From assembly GCF_006345805.1 (NCBI RefSeq), contig NC_042998.1:54002001-54066000 (forward strand): DNA of 64,000 bases, in the 5' to 3' direction. Below the pieces are notes generated by a model that saw only the letters and a list, made by a program, of their open reading frames with translations, was not told the DNA's origin and did no database searches. Position numbers and translations under genes: made by a program. Positions 51,120 through 64,000 of this stretch are shown here, piece by piece (positions within the stretch are counted from its first letter, which is position 1; each line of letters opens with the position of its first letter). The DNA comes from Octopus sinensis (Eukaryota).

Positions 51120-51530
51120 CTTTCGGTTTAAGGTTTTTAAAAACTACATCCCAAACTACAAAAGCTTTGCGAGGCTGTGCACACCAAGGAATTGTATCAG
51201 AATGGGTGGTCAAAGAAAGAACTGGGTTAATTCAGAAGGATTCAGTGAAGGATGCCATGGCCAGTAGCTATAGTCCAATAGCTTGTTTACCTATGATGTG
51301 GAAGCTTCTCGCTGGAGTAATGGGACAGAAATTGTATGACCATTTTGAAAGAAATGAACTGCTAGCAAATGGCTGCAGGAAGGGATCACAAGGAACAAAG
51401 GATCAGTTGCGGATAGATAAGACAATTTTAAGGAACTGTCAGAGAAGGTTGACAAGCCTATCAATGGCTTGAATTGATTATAAGAAGGCATATAACATGG
51501 TTCCTCACAAGTGGATTCTAAAATATCAGT
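51120..51530 (+). mobile_element. R4/Dong LINE RT relic, inverted relative to the neighbouring fragment
   Basis: RTGLIQKD...YSPIACLPMMWKLLAG...GCRKGSQGTKDQLRID...IDYKKAYNMVPHKWI (RT motifs 1-3). Confidence 0.85.
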
Positions 51531-52053
51531 GAGTTATACACCCATTATGACTACCTGTCTGATAAGGGTACACTAGGCGCATGCATCACAACCATATGTG
51601 TGTGACGTGGTGATTTCATATCAAGATAAACAGCACATGACCTTGCAGGTGGAGCCCAGTTAGAATTTTCTTCTGGTTGAGTAAACTATCCCGTTCAAAT
51701 GGTCCCTGAATAAGGGTTGTTTAATGATGTTGAACGAAACACCCATGCTTCCAGAGGTGAATTATTCAAACCCCAAAGAATCCCTCTCAACACATGGCTA
51801 TGATGCTCCCCCACTACTTCTGCTTGTGATCAGAGATGCATGTATCATCAGCCTGCAAAGGTCATGCTGATCTGGTTAAAGTCAAAACAACTGACAAGCA
51901 AATCTGTGGTATTGAGCAGAATATTTGCTGTAGCCTATCTTTTATACCAAGACAAAACAATATACATGATAACAATTCCAATCAGTTAAGATCAGAAGCC
52001 ATGAGAGCCAGTGCCTGGTACTGCATCAGGGTATTTATTATTATTATTATTAT
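51530..52053 (+). mobile_element. Unclassified retroposon 3' fragment with (ATT)n tail
   Basis: Relatively GC-rich ~500-bp block ending GCATCAGGGTATTTATTATTATT; family not assignable from this window. Confidence 0.4.
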
Positions 52054-53309
52054 TTAAGACAACTAGCTGACAGAATTATTAGCATGCAGGATGAAATGTT
52101 TCACAGCAGTTTGTCCATGTTTGTGTTCTAAGTTCAAAGCAAATCTTGCTTTTAGTTCAGTTATTTAGACCCTTGCTCAACATATCCTTGGCCTTATATG
52201 TCAATGCAAGAAAGAATTTATATTTGGAAAAAAATGTTTTTAATCAAGATATAAAACTGTCATTGCATTTTCCTCTATCTGCATTGGTTTCATTCTGCTG
52301 CATAGCTGCATTTCACTCAGCATTGAACAATATTTTCATTTTCTTAGTATTTTGGTCTCCATAGTAACCAGCCATCTTAGATCTGTGATCTTTGTAGCAG
52401 CCAGTTGTCTTTTAATTTTCCACTGAAGCAGGAAATTGAACGAGGTAGATAGGGATTCAAGGTGGTGAATTTGTACAATTATCAGAGTGCTGGACAAAAT
52501 TGCTTTGCAATATTTAACTATGTAGCTGCATATTCTGAGTTCAAATCTTAGCTTTTCATTATTTTAAAGGCTGATGAAATAAAGTACCAGGTAAATGCTG
52601 GGTTTAAGCTAATCTATTATGGCCATCCCTTTATGTTTATGTTAGTGATCACTAAAATGTATGCAATACCAATAAGTGTAATACACAAAAGGAAACATGG
52701 GCAAATGAATTCAGTGATACATGGCAGATTGACAGAGAATTAAAACTTGAGATATGACTGCCTGTACTGAAGTAATTTGGAAGTAAGAGTATTCATGTAA
52801 GTTCATGAACTCAGATGGGGAATTTTTTCTGCAGGTAGTAATAAGATTCTGTTACCGAAAAGACTAAATTAGAGATGGTTAATGGTTGTAACGGAAGTAA
52901 AGCAGCTAGAGTAAATATTTTCAGTGTTTTTGCAGATTCCCATGACTCTCTTTTGCCATCCAATTCTATTATTATTAATTTGAATTGGGAGTTTGAGTCA
53001 TAGTGAATCTTTCATTAGCTGATTACACAACCACAGACAATGCCCCTATGGATGCATTGCAGTTATTCTATTCATACAGCTTGTTGATCCTGACCCTTGA
53101 TCTTCTTGGATTTCTCCACTCGGAATCAATTTAAGAAGCACCATTGAATCATTTGAGTGATTCCACTACCTCTTCACAATCCACTACACTGCAGTTCCAT
53201 GACTTCACTGTCCCTTGCAAGGTAGCTGTATAGGCATTATACCTTTCCAAAGGGCAACCTGTAACCATGCAGGACATGCTTGCCACTGTGAGGAATTTTC
53301 AAAATACCC

Positions 53310-53465
53310 TTATACCCATAGAGTAAATAAGATGTGGAAAACAGTTCAGGAAACTGCTGACTCTTTTGGCAAGAAAGATGTTTTTCTTTCTGAGAAAAAA
53401 AAAGGTAGATTGTATGAAACACGTATAAGAAATGTATTACTGTATGACAATAATATATAAGTGGC
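53310..53465 (+). mobile_element. Old RTE fragment
   Basis: KGRLYETRIRNVLLYD resembles KGRLYDACVRTAMLHG of the younger RTE copies. Confidence 0.5.
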
Positions 53466-53561
53466 ATTCCGTTGCTTATGGTGATGAGGGTTAAGTTGAT
53501 CCAATCAATGGAACAGCTTGCTCATGAAATTAATGTGCAAGTGGTTGAGCATTCCACAGAC

Positions 53562-54087
53562 ATGGAGGAGGATCTGTGATGATCTGATTGGGCTATATCT
53601 TGCAAATCCACTGGCCCAATGGTTTCCCTTCATGGCAGAATTAATAGTCAAGACTATTTAAGCATTTTATCTGATCAAATTCATCCTATGGTTGCGGAAC
53701 TGTTTCCAGAGGGAAATGCAATCTTTCAGGATGATAATGCACCAATTCACACAGCTAAAGTTGTTACTGAATGGCACAAGGAACATTCTAGTGAAGTTGA
53801 ACATATCTGACCACCACAGTCCCCAGATCTCAATATTATTGTACATTTATGGTGCATTTTAGAAAAACAAGTAAGGAGTCGATATCCTCCGCCATCATCA
53901 CTACAAGAACTGGAGACTGTTTTAGCTGAAGAATGGACAAAAATTCCTTTGAAAACAATTCCAACTTTGTATGAGTCCATACCTCTTAGAATTCAAGCTG
54001 TAATTACTGCCAACGGCGGTCCTACTCCATATTAAAATAAATTTGCTTGAAATTTTAAGGTGTTTCCATTATTTTGTCCATCCCCTG
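53562..54087 (+). mobile_element. Tc1-family (DD34E-type) transposon 3' half
   Basis: IFQDDNAPIHTAK...PPQSPDLNIIVHLW...ESIPLRIQAVITANGGPTPY*; ends TTTTGTCCATCCCCTG followed by TA. Confidence 0.9.
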
Positions 54088-54392
54088 TATATATCATGGA
54101 CTCTACCATTGTTATATGATGTATGAGGGTTTATCAATTTCTTGCCGAACAACCACACAGATCATTTGTTTATAGTGACCAAATGTTTGTGTTCACATAA
54201 ACTCACTCACTCCATCAAATCAACATTATCTCTACATGTGCACCATGTGCCACATGTCAGATAACGAAATGATCATTGAGCAACATGAGATGAAGTGCTT
54301 TGCTCAGTAACACAACACAATGCCTGGTCTTGGAAGTGAAACCACGATCTTGCAATCGTAAGTGCAACTCCCTAACCACTAAGCCATGTCTT

Positions 54393-54420
<28 letters not shown>

Positions 54421-54425
<5 letters not shown>

Positions 54426-54830
54426 CGTTGCTATTATGCAAAAGTGTCATAAGTTCAAAATGTTGCTTTTTCAGAAAATGAAAAAATAATTTCACTTTTC
54501 CAATTTTTTTTTTTGTTATATTAGCAACAGTTTCAGCTCAACAATAATACTTTGTTGGGTGCATAAAATCGTAACTCCATGCATGTATGATATTTTCAAT
54601 CAGAAATATATTTGCAAAATTGTTGTATGTGGGACTTACTATTCTTTTGAAAAATGCTAAACCTTTGTGTTACACTTTGACAATTTACATATCTTCGCAT
54701 CTGAAGCAACTGGAGATACAACAGTTTGACCAAAAGAACAAGCTATTGCAAGCAAAATCAAATATTGAAAAAAAAAAAAACATTTGGCCAAATTTGGACA
54801 TACAACAGTTTAACATTATAGCAATATATA
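54421..54830. mobile_element. Putative MITE in TA context
   Basis: Imperfect terminal inverted repeats TATATCGTTGCTATTATG / CATTATAGCAATATATA. Confidence 0.4.
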
Positions 54831-55271
54831 TCAAAATGATCCTTCCCAAGCAACAGACTTATATAGCCTGTTTTCTGGATTCTGTGATGTATATATTCCC
54901 CTCAGGGGAGGATGTCAGTTCATCATAGGATTATTCCTTTTTACCAATTGGGTGGATTGGAGCAATGTGAAATGAAGCGTTTAGCTCAAAAATACAACAC
55001 ACTGACCTGTCCATGGACCTAAACCATAACCTCATGTTCATGAACATGCAACACCCTAACCACTAAGCCACACACATTGACACACACATATGCGTATATT
55101 TATATTATAGATAGATTGATTTATTTTGGATCAAACAAATATTTTTTCCTCCTTCTTTCAAGGTAAGATTGCTTTCAATATAAATCATCAGAACAGATTA
55201 ATGGAAAACTTGATACATTCTAAACCATACATAAATCTTCCAATAATGTTAATCGTTATTTTAGCATTAAC

Positions 55272-55372
55272 ATTATATATATATATATATATATTTATTT
55301 ATATTATATATATATATATATATATTATATTATTTATTTATATATATAATATTATATTTATATATATATATA

Positions 55373-55431
<59 letters not shown>

Positions 55432-55438
55432 ATATATA

Positions 55439-55497
<59 letters not shown>

Positions 55498-55544
55498 TTA
55501 TTTATATATATATATATATATATTTATTTATATATATATATATA

Positions 55545-55585
<41 letters not shown>

Positions 55586-55602
55586 ATATATATATATATT
55601 AT

Positions 55603-55641
<39 letters not shown>

Positions 55642-55765
55642 ATTATAGATATATATTTATTATATATATATATATATATAGATATATATTTATTTATATA
55701 TAATATATATATATATATTTATATATATATTATATATATATATATATATTATTTATATATATATA

Positions 55766-55803
<38 letters not shown>

Positions 55804-55982
55804 TATTAATATATATCATTTATATATATATATATATTATATATATATATATATTTATTTATATATAATATATATATATATATATATAGATATATATATT
55901 ATTATTTATATATATATAATATTTTATCTATTATTATATATATATATTTATTATATATATGTATGTATATATCTATTTATAT
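55272..55982. repeat. ~700-bp degenerate (TA)n tract
   Basis: Low-complexity TA run; source of the spurious 214-aa ORF. Confidence 0.95.
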
Positions 55983-56264
55983 CCTGAAATATTCGACAAT
56001 CACAATTTTAAGTTCTTTCATCAAAACTTAAAAAGAAATATCTTGTTGGATTTTGCATCAAGAAACAAAGAATTTTCTCTTGAATAGCTTCAGTTTAGAT
56101 AATTGTAACAATAATAATAAACATTCATAAAATTAACTTTTCTGAAATAATTGTCTATTTAAAAAAATTTTTAAAGTAATAAATTTTGTAAATAGAATTC
56201 TGATGGGAGATATATCCTAAGTAAGGTTAGCCTATGTTATGAAAGTGTTAATATTTATATATGT

Positions 56265-56825
56265 AGATATCTGAACAACAAGAAATGTTTCATTTCAACA
56301 GAAAATGTGGATATTTCCAAACGAAAGACATTTACTATTTTAGCAATGAAAATATTTGAAACTTCTATTGACAACAAATATTTCATTTTTGCCTTATAGG
56401 CAATCTATGAGACAATGCAAAACTTCATTAATCACTGATATTTGTATTTATCTTTGGTCATAATTATTCAGATTTTGGACAAAAAATAAATTGGTTTACT
56501 TCCTATTTTCAATGAAATTTCAAAATGTCTTTTTGAATGATTACATTATAAGCGCTATAAAAAAATATATTTCCTGTGAGACTACTGAACTTAACAAAGT
56601 CTGAAGCCAAGTTTCTTATGTAAATGGACAATTACTTGGAAATATTTCTGAATACTTGTCAAGAGTAAGAATCGTAATTTGTAGTTACAAGGAAGGATAA
56701 TATTTCAAACTTTCTAATATACCTTCTTATTTGATAAAACCCCAGAAATCAGCTTTTGAACATTTTTTATGTGCTACATTAAAACAATGGCAATTATGTT
56801 TTACACGGTACAAAATTTATTGATC
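56265..56825 (+). repeat. Copy 2 of the ~560-bp dispersed duplication
   Basis: Co-linear with 40931-41495. Confidence 0.9.
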
Positions 56826-56899
56826 CATTAATGCATTACTAATATATTTTACTGACTGTAAAGGCAAAGTTGACCTATTGTAGATTTAAACTCAAGAAT

Positions 56900-57305
56900 A
56901 GGCGTCGCAGTTGCTGTGTGGTAAGTGGCTTGCTTACGAACCACATGGTTCCGGGTTCAGTCCCACTGTGTAGCACCTTGGGCAAGTGTCTTCTAATATA
57001 GCCTTGGGCCGACCAAAGCCTTGTTAGTAGATTTGGTAGACGGAAATTGAAAGAAGCCCATTGTATATAAGTATATATATATAGATATGTATGTGTGTAT
57101 ACGTTTGTGTATGTGTTTGTCCTCCCAACATCGCTTGACAACTGATGCTGGTGTGCTTATATCCCTGTAACTTAGCAGTTCAGCAAAAGAGATTGATAGA
57201 ATAAGTACTAGGCTTACAAAGAATAAGTCCTGGGGTTGATTTGCTCAACTAAAGGCGGTGCTCCAGCATGGCCACAGTCAAATGACTGAAACAAGTAAAA
57301 GAGTA
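56900..57305 (+). mobile_element. SINE family A, full length
   Basis: tRNA-like head (GTGTGGTAAG...GGTTCAGTCCC), CORE-like CACCTTGGGCAAGT, TA/TG tract, tail ending GAAACAAGTAAAAGAGTA. Confidence 0.9.
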
Positions 57306-57374
57306 ATAAGTGTTAGTGAGTGAGGATGGTAGAGTGGATGATAATGAACAACTAGTTGAGATGTCTTTTCCTAC

Positions 57375-57785
57375 CCTCGAGAAAACCTGTCAAGCCAAGT
57401 GAAACCGTAGCTGTGGCTGATGCTGGTGTCACATAACAGGTACCTGTGCCAGTGGCATGTAAAAAGCACCCTTCGAATGTGGGGCCTCATGAAGGTAATG
57501 ATAAGTGACTGAGACATTTGGTGATATGCTGTGCTTGAGAAGATTTATCAAGCCAAGTGAAAGTATAGTTGTGGCCGATGCTGGTGTCATGTAAAAAGTA
57601 CCCATTGCACTCTTGGGGTGGTTGGCATTAGGAAGGGCATCCAGTCAAAGAAACCATGCCAAATCAGACTGGAACCTGGTGCAGCTCTCAAGCTTACCAG
57701 TTTCAGTCAAACTGTCTAATCCATGGCAATATGGAAAGCAAACGCTAAATGATGATGATGATGGTGGTGGTGGTGATGATGATGA
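57375..57785 (+). mobile_element. RTE-family 3' UTR fragment with internal duplication
   Basis: Two GAGAA(A/G)A..TCAAGCCAAGTGAAA modules, conserved end, (GAT)n tail. Confidence 0.75.
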
Positions 57786-58387
57786 GGGAGAGGGGAGGGG
57801 GAGGAGGAGGAATGCCATGTGATTGTGAAGACATTGTGCAGTTCACCTGACTGTTATTGAGTAGCACAGAAGAGAAACCACCTGCACCACTATAGTCAGC
57901 AGTAGTTTTCTTAATTCGGTTTGTGGTGTGTTGGCTTGCAATATCATGATCAACATCTACAGTAACAGAAGCTACCAGCAGTAAGCGGTAGAAGTATCTA
58001 TCATCTGCTTAATACTACAAAAATAGATAGAGGAGCTAGGTCATGTGGTCCATAGTGATTTAGGAAAGGATTCTCTTAGTATATGTCATTGAACAAGAGC
58101 AGCAGTTCTCAAATAGTGTGTTGCATTGTGGATTTTTAAGAATATAATTTAATGATTTAGAAAATCCATAAATAATCTATGATGATCTTGAAAAACTTGT
58201 CATTCATAATTTAGTTATACCAAAATATAACTATTAAAACAAGGTTATCAGTAGTTATCTATATATTTGCTGTCGTAGTCTTTCAGTTACTACTCAACCA
58301 TAGGTGACAGGTAACTTGGCAAATATCTTTTTCTATATTTTTTGGTTGACCAAAGTCTTGTGAGTGAAATATGACTGAAGGAAACTA

Positions 58388-58580
58388 CAGAGTGATTTTA
58401 AACTACTTAAGAATTATTTATTGTCATTTTTACAAAAAAACTGGATATGAGAGGAAAGCTTTTAGTATGAGGTTTCATTTAAAATTCAAAAGACAAACAA
58501 AAAAAAATTTGAGAAAAAATTACAATTAATAAATAATTTATAAGTATTTTAAAATAGGGAGTTACTTTTCAATCACCCTG
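58388..58580. mobile_element. Tc1/mariner-type MITE with TA TSD
   Basis: TA-CAGAGTGATT ... AATCACCCTG-TA; interrupts a decayed SINE. Confidence 0.6.
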
Positions 58581-58743
58581 TACATGGAAGTCCATCAGAA
58601 GGATCATTCCTGCTTTGCCCATGTAGATTTAATTAGTTGCCAGTAGAAGAGTGTTGCCTTTTCTGCTCATTAACACCACCAACAACAACAGTAATAATCA
58701 ATTACATTGACCTCAGCGCTTGACTGGTACTAATTTTATCAAT

Positions 58744-58983
58744 AAGGCGGTGAGCTGGCAGAAACGTTAGCATGCTGGGCGAATTGCTTAGCGGTACTTC
58801 GTCTACTGGTCTGCTGCTACGTTCTGAGTTCAAATTCCACTGAGGTCGACTTTGCCTTTCATCTTTTCAAGGTCAATTAAATAAGTACCAGTAACGCACT
58901 GAGTCGATATAATCGACTTAATCCGTTTGTCTGTCCTTGTTTGTCTTCTCTGTGTTTAGCCCCTTGTGGGTAGTAAAGAAATA
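58744..58983 (+). mobile_element. SINE family B inserted in an inverted family B copy
   Basis: TSD-like GGTACT(A/T)ATTTTATC(A/C)AT on both sides; host halves at 58700-58743 and 58984-59118. Confidence 0.85.
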
Positions 58984-60539
58984 GGTACTTATTTTATCCA
59001 TCCCGAAAGGATGAAAGGCAAAGTCTACCATGGCAAAAACTGAACTCAGAATGTAAAGATGGATGAAATGCCACTAAGCATTCTGTCTGCTGTGCAAACA
59101 ATTCTACCATCTTGCCAGTAGTAATAATCATGTCTTGTAATTAAGACACATAGCCAGCAATTTCTGAGTGGAAGAGCTAGTCAATATCATCTACCACAAT
59201 ACTAGACTACGATTAATTTTTGTTTGATTGATTATGTGACATTCAAAGTTAGCTTGTCTCTTTATTTCTATAAGAATATCATCATATGATGTCATACATT
59301 TTGCAGATCTATCTCATAATAAAAACAACAGCAACAATAATAATAACAATTTCGAATTATGACACGAGGCCAGCAATTTTGGGGGCAGGTTAAGTCGATT
59401 ATATCAATCTTAGTGCTTCACTAGTACTTAATTTATTGACTCCAAAAGGATGAAAGGCAAAGTCAGCTCAGTGGAATTTGATCTCAGAACATGAAGATGG
59501 ACAAAATATTGCTTGGTATTTTGCCCAGCATGCTAATGATTCTGCCAGCTCACTGCCTTAATAATAATACTGATTATATTGACCCCAGTGTTTCACTGGT
59601 ATTTAATTTATCAACTCCAAAATGGGGAAAGGCAAAGTCAACCCAGGTAGAATTTGATCTCAAAACGTAAAGATGGATGAACTGCTACTAAACATTTTAC
59701 TCGGCATAGTAACGATTTTGCCAGCTCATTACCTTAAATACCAAATTAATAATGACAGTTACTTTACTAAATTTTTCATTATTTGCAAAATTAGTTGAAT
59801 CAAAAGCTGTGTATTTCCAACAGAAATATGGTAACAAAAGGGTTAAATCTACTATCTTTATTTGAAAGCCAGTTCAATATCCTTCTACTAATGTTTTTGA
59901 CTGGGTTCTTAAACACAATGGTGAGTGACATGGTCCACAATTAACTTATGTGAACTTTTCATTGGTTTTCCTACAAGAGTTGATGCTCAGGTTAGGAATT
60001 AACTATGGTAACATTTATCATTATAATGATTTTAGCCCTAAAGTAATGAAGATTTTGAATTGTTTCCTAATGTGTGATAGCCAGCATTTATTGGAAATGG
60101 CTACTCCATCATCATAATATAAGCTTAAATTTACTTATGTGAATTTTTTCCTAAATAAATGAAAGATGCATAATTCAATGAGATAAACCTTCACAGTCAA
60201 AGAAAATCATGCCTATGTCAAAAGAAATGTTTGGGTCAAATCTCTTGACCTTTTCTAAGTCTTTAACAATAAGTAATGTTTCTCTCATAGGCAATGTTAA
60301 TTTCGTTATTGTTATTTGCAATATTGTATAATTTGGTGAAATCTTCTGCTTGTGCTTTATGTCGTAATAATTTAGAGATAGATGGATGTCACACCATGTC
60401 ACACTGCAAATTTGGCATTGTGTTTGTTGCAGGATTTTGTTAAACCAGACAGTTATGGCATTACTCCCTAATTGGAGGTAAGTGACGCTCCTAACCTTAC
60501 CGTTGAACTTGCTAAATATTATTGTTTTATTTTCTTATT

Positions 60540-60749
60540 CTTTTACCCATTTTACTCATTTGACTGTGTCCATGCTGGAGCACCACATTCAAAGGTTTTA
60601 GTCAAACAAATCAACCCTAGGACTTATTCTTTGTAAGCATAGTACTTGTTCTATTGGTCTCTTTTGCAGAACTACTAAGTTATGAGATTGTAAACACACC
60701 AGCATTGGTTGTCAAGCAATGGTGGTGGGGAGGGACAAACACAAATATA

Positions 60750-60785
<36 letters not shown>

Positions 60786-60950
60786 ACAGGCTTCTTTCAG
60801 TTTCCGTCTAGCAAATCCACTCACAAGGCTTTGGGCAGCCTGAGGCTATAGTAGAAGACACTTGCCCAAGATGCCATGCAGTGGGACTGAACTCAGAACT
60901 ATGAGGTTGGGAAACAAGCTTCTTACCACGTAGCCACACCTGCACCTATT
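60540..60950 (-). mobile_element. SINE family A, full length
   Basis: Reverse complement of the family A consensus. Confidence 0.85.
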
Positions 60951-61894
60951 ATTCATTGTCAGTACAGTTTCACCAGGGTCCTTATTTACAGCCGTTTCAA
61001 AGTGAAACTGAAGGAATCAGCAAGCTGAATGAATAAAGTGTTTTGTAGGAGGTATGGATGTTACTATAAATAGTTGTAGGAATCTTGACCTAGGGTTCAC
61101 CTCCACTAAGTGTGGTAGTTAAAGTGAAGTACAGTCCTAGCAACTTATTGTTAACTAGCTTATTGCTAACTCCGGTATCACTAAAGGACCATTGCAGTTA
61201 GCCAGCATATGAAACCAATTGAAGAGGAAACATGGTAACCATCATGATTATATATCCCTTTAAACTCTTTATATATATATGGGATTTCACACAGTTTCCA
61301 TCTCCCAAATTCTCTCACAAGGCATTGGTCAGCCCAGGGCTATAGTAGCAGACACTTGTCCAAGGTGCCACATAGTGGGATTGAACTTGAAACCATGTGG
61401 TTGCAAAGTGAACTTCCTAACTACACAGCTATGACTATATTTCTACCTTTATTTCTTGGTACAATTTCTCTTAAGTGAAGGGAGATTAATCCCTTCCTGC
61501 CATCTTCAGGATGCGCTAAACATCTTTCAACACTTCTGCTTTCTTCTGTGAAGAAGCAAGGTTAATTAATCTATTTTTTATTTAGTTTGATTCCTAATTA
61601 ACAAAATTAATAATGCCTATGAGAATAATATTGCTCATTGTTAAAGACTTAGAAAGGGTCAACAGATCTGACCCAGATCTGTTTTTTGCTATAGGCATGA
61701 TTTCTTTTAACAGTATGAAGGTTCGATATCTCATTGCACGAATGTAGAAACAGACTGACATTTAGTTTTACAGTAGACATACAAATAAATTTGCATATAG
61801 ATTTTAAAATAAAATAACATGTAGATTATCAATACATTTACAACACTTACAAATATTACAGTTAAATAATAAATACCTGATGAATTGGTGAATC

Positions 61895-64000
61895 TTATTA
61901 ATTTTGCAGAGTTTCTTGATAAACAACATTTTTGGTCTTTCCTTGTGGGGCATAAATAAACAAATGATTAGGATTGTGATTGCCAACTCTTGAGCATCCT
62001 GTATAAAGTTGGCCATGGGAGAAAACTGGTTCCGCAAGGTTCAGACCAACCACATCCAAGGAATGCTTCTGACCCTTGTTAATGTTCATTGCAAAGCTCA
62101 ATTTCAATGGGAATTGCAAGCACTTGTTCTAGAAAGGCATATCCGAGGAAATAAGTGGAATTCTAGGAATGAGTACAGGCTCCCCGCTAAGTTTAGCAGT
62201 CAAAATTGTTGTTTCCAAGACTGTTAGTATCATCTTTATTATGAGTCACATGCCACTGCAAAGTTTTGGTGGATTAAGGTTTTGAAGCAGCACAACTGGT
62301 GCCCCAATCTTGAGGTGGAAGTTGCAAGATAGGAGACCAGGTGGTGTTTGTTTATCCAAGAATTCAACTGAATAATTCACAGCTTTATCGATGTTGAGTA
62401 CAATGGCAATAGAATTGTAGATGTGACATTCACTTGGCAACTGTTCCAGAAGTTTAATGTTCAAATCATCAACTGCCACATTTTTTGGAGCTAAAACGGC
62501 ACGGGTTTTCATCCACTTGTCTGTAAACTGATTCCTCAGATTAGAAAACACCTTATTCATTAGTTCCTTTAAATCAAATACCATATGTCCAAAAGGCAAG
62601 CTTGCCCAACCATCCTTCTCACCAACCGAAGTGCCACTACTGACGTCTAACAGTTGCTTTAAAAAAGGTTCTGCCTGCATCATCACCACTGAGCTGCAGT
62701 CTCATGTTAGTTGTGAGTCTCAGTTTTTACACACTGCTCCATAAGTAGAACGACTTTATGCTGGCATTTACCTCATCAGCTGTTGTCCTCTTTTGAACCA
62801 TGGAAAGGGTTTGTCTAAAGTCTCCTGCAAGCAAGATAGTGGCACCTCCCATGGGCCTGGTGTTGTGTCACAGACCCTGAAGTGCTATGTCAAGAGCTTC
62901 AAAGGAAACCTAATGGCTCATTGTTGCCCCATCCCAGATGATCAACCTGCATTCACCCAGAAGTTTGCCTTTTATAGAACCATGACTGATGTTGCAGTTT
63001 GCCTTCTCTTTCTTGGACAGGTCCAAAAGGAGTTTGAAAGAGGAATGAGCTGTGCAGCCACCACTTGGCAGATTTGCAGCAAATCCACATGACACCACTG
63101 CTATGGCAATGTGTTTCATTTAGCACAGTTTAGCCATAAGAAGGTTGATGACAAATGTCCTGCCAGATCCATCTGGAGCATCCAGAAAGAAAAGACTGTC
63201 TCTTTTACTTTCAATGCTCAAAATAATGGTCTTATAAGGACCCAGTTGGTCCTCCATCAGTTTGTGTTTGTTATCAGCTATATACACTGTAATTTCCTTG
63301 ATGTCAGCTGATTTCTCACAGGTACTCAATTGTGAGATTGTTTGCTGCCTGCTCTAGTTGAGGCAGACCAAATGTAGCAATGCCTTGATCTCCCATAGCT
63401 TGCACTCGGATGTTCAAGTCAAGTAATGCCTCATTGCAAATGGCATTATTGAATGTGGAAACAGGAATGTGGAACAGGAACCTCAACATGCAACAGCATT
63501 CGGGCAAACAGATTGCATTGGCATAATTTGAAGAAAGCTGTCAAAATGGTTTCTGGTGGATTCAAAATTACGTTTCGAGCATTGTCTTCTGTGAAATATA
63601 CATGCTGGCCATTTTTAAGATGTTCAGATAGATTCACCACTGTTGGATGCTGCTTGTAGATTTCAAAACCCAGGATGTGCCGCATTCCCTTGTTAGAGGA
63701 AATATATCTGCCCAACTTATATTGCTGAATTTCATCTGCCTAGATGCCCTTCTGTTCAAGTCCAAAAACTGCCATATCTGAGCCCTTAATGATGTATTTA
63801 CATACATATTTAATATTTTTTATAGAGTTACATGAGTCAACATTAACATGGGCCTGCAATGTTTTAGACAGCAATGGGTCGTGGGGCACAATCCACTTGT
63901 TATCAATTTCCATCCCATGATCCTTAACTTTGAGCTTGGTAGTGTTTCCACCATCTTCTGGTTTTTGGTACCTGTAGAGTGGGTAACCATCATGTCCCGT
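61895..64000 (-). mobile_element. Helitron RepHel pseudogene (Rep-helicase linker and Pif1-like helicase), runs off the window end
   Basis: GHDGYPLYR..DNKWIVPHDPLL..AHVNV, GRYISS..HLKNGQHVYF, FFLDAPDGSGRTF (motif I), TAHSSFKL, LIIWDGATMSH, LQNLNPPKLCSG, FAMNINKGQ..FSHGQLYTGCSRVG; frameshifted. Confidence 0.92.

Noticed and set aside
55126-55770. 214-aa ORF, the longest in the track, and other YIYI/CVCV/HTHT ORFs
   Set aside because: Translations of (TA)n, (TG)n and (CA)n microsatellites, which lack stops by construction.
61895-64000. Cellular PIF1 helicase gene
   Set aside because: Intronless, frameshifted and preceded by Helitron Rep-linker motifs, so it is a transposon relic.

Overview
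AT-rich, repeat-saturated animal genomic DNA, intronic or intergenic. The repeat families suggest a cephalopod (Octopus-like) genome; this is an inference. No intact protein-coding gene is visible, and almost all ORF-track entries are microsatellite or repeat read-throughs. Identifiable content: dozens of tRNA-derived SINEs; 5'-truncated RTE LINEs with (GAT)n tails and modular 3' UTRs; decayed R4/Dong LINEs; Penelope-like element (PLE) RT and GIY-YIG relics; Helitron RepHel relics; a Tc1 fragment; a decayed hAT transposase; several MITEs; and long (TA)n tracts. The most interesting signal is a set of short non-coding elements lodged in (TA)n tracts. Several are fold-back palindromes and several carry type I hammerhead ribozyme cores (best copies at 5652-5750 and 41823-41875). 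They may be non-autonomous ribozyme retroelements mobilised by PLEs. Also notable are a snap-back RTE insertion that copied its own flank (7659-7937), a six-unit tandem array made from an RTE 3' UTR, and a duplicated ~560-bp segment with a 79-bp invariant core. All alignments and folds were done by eye, and element boundaries are approximate.
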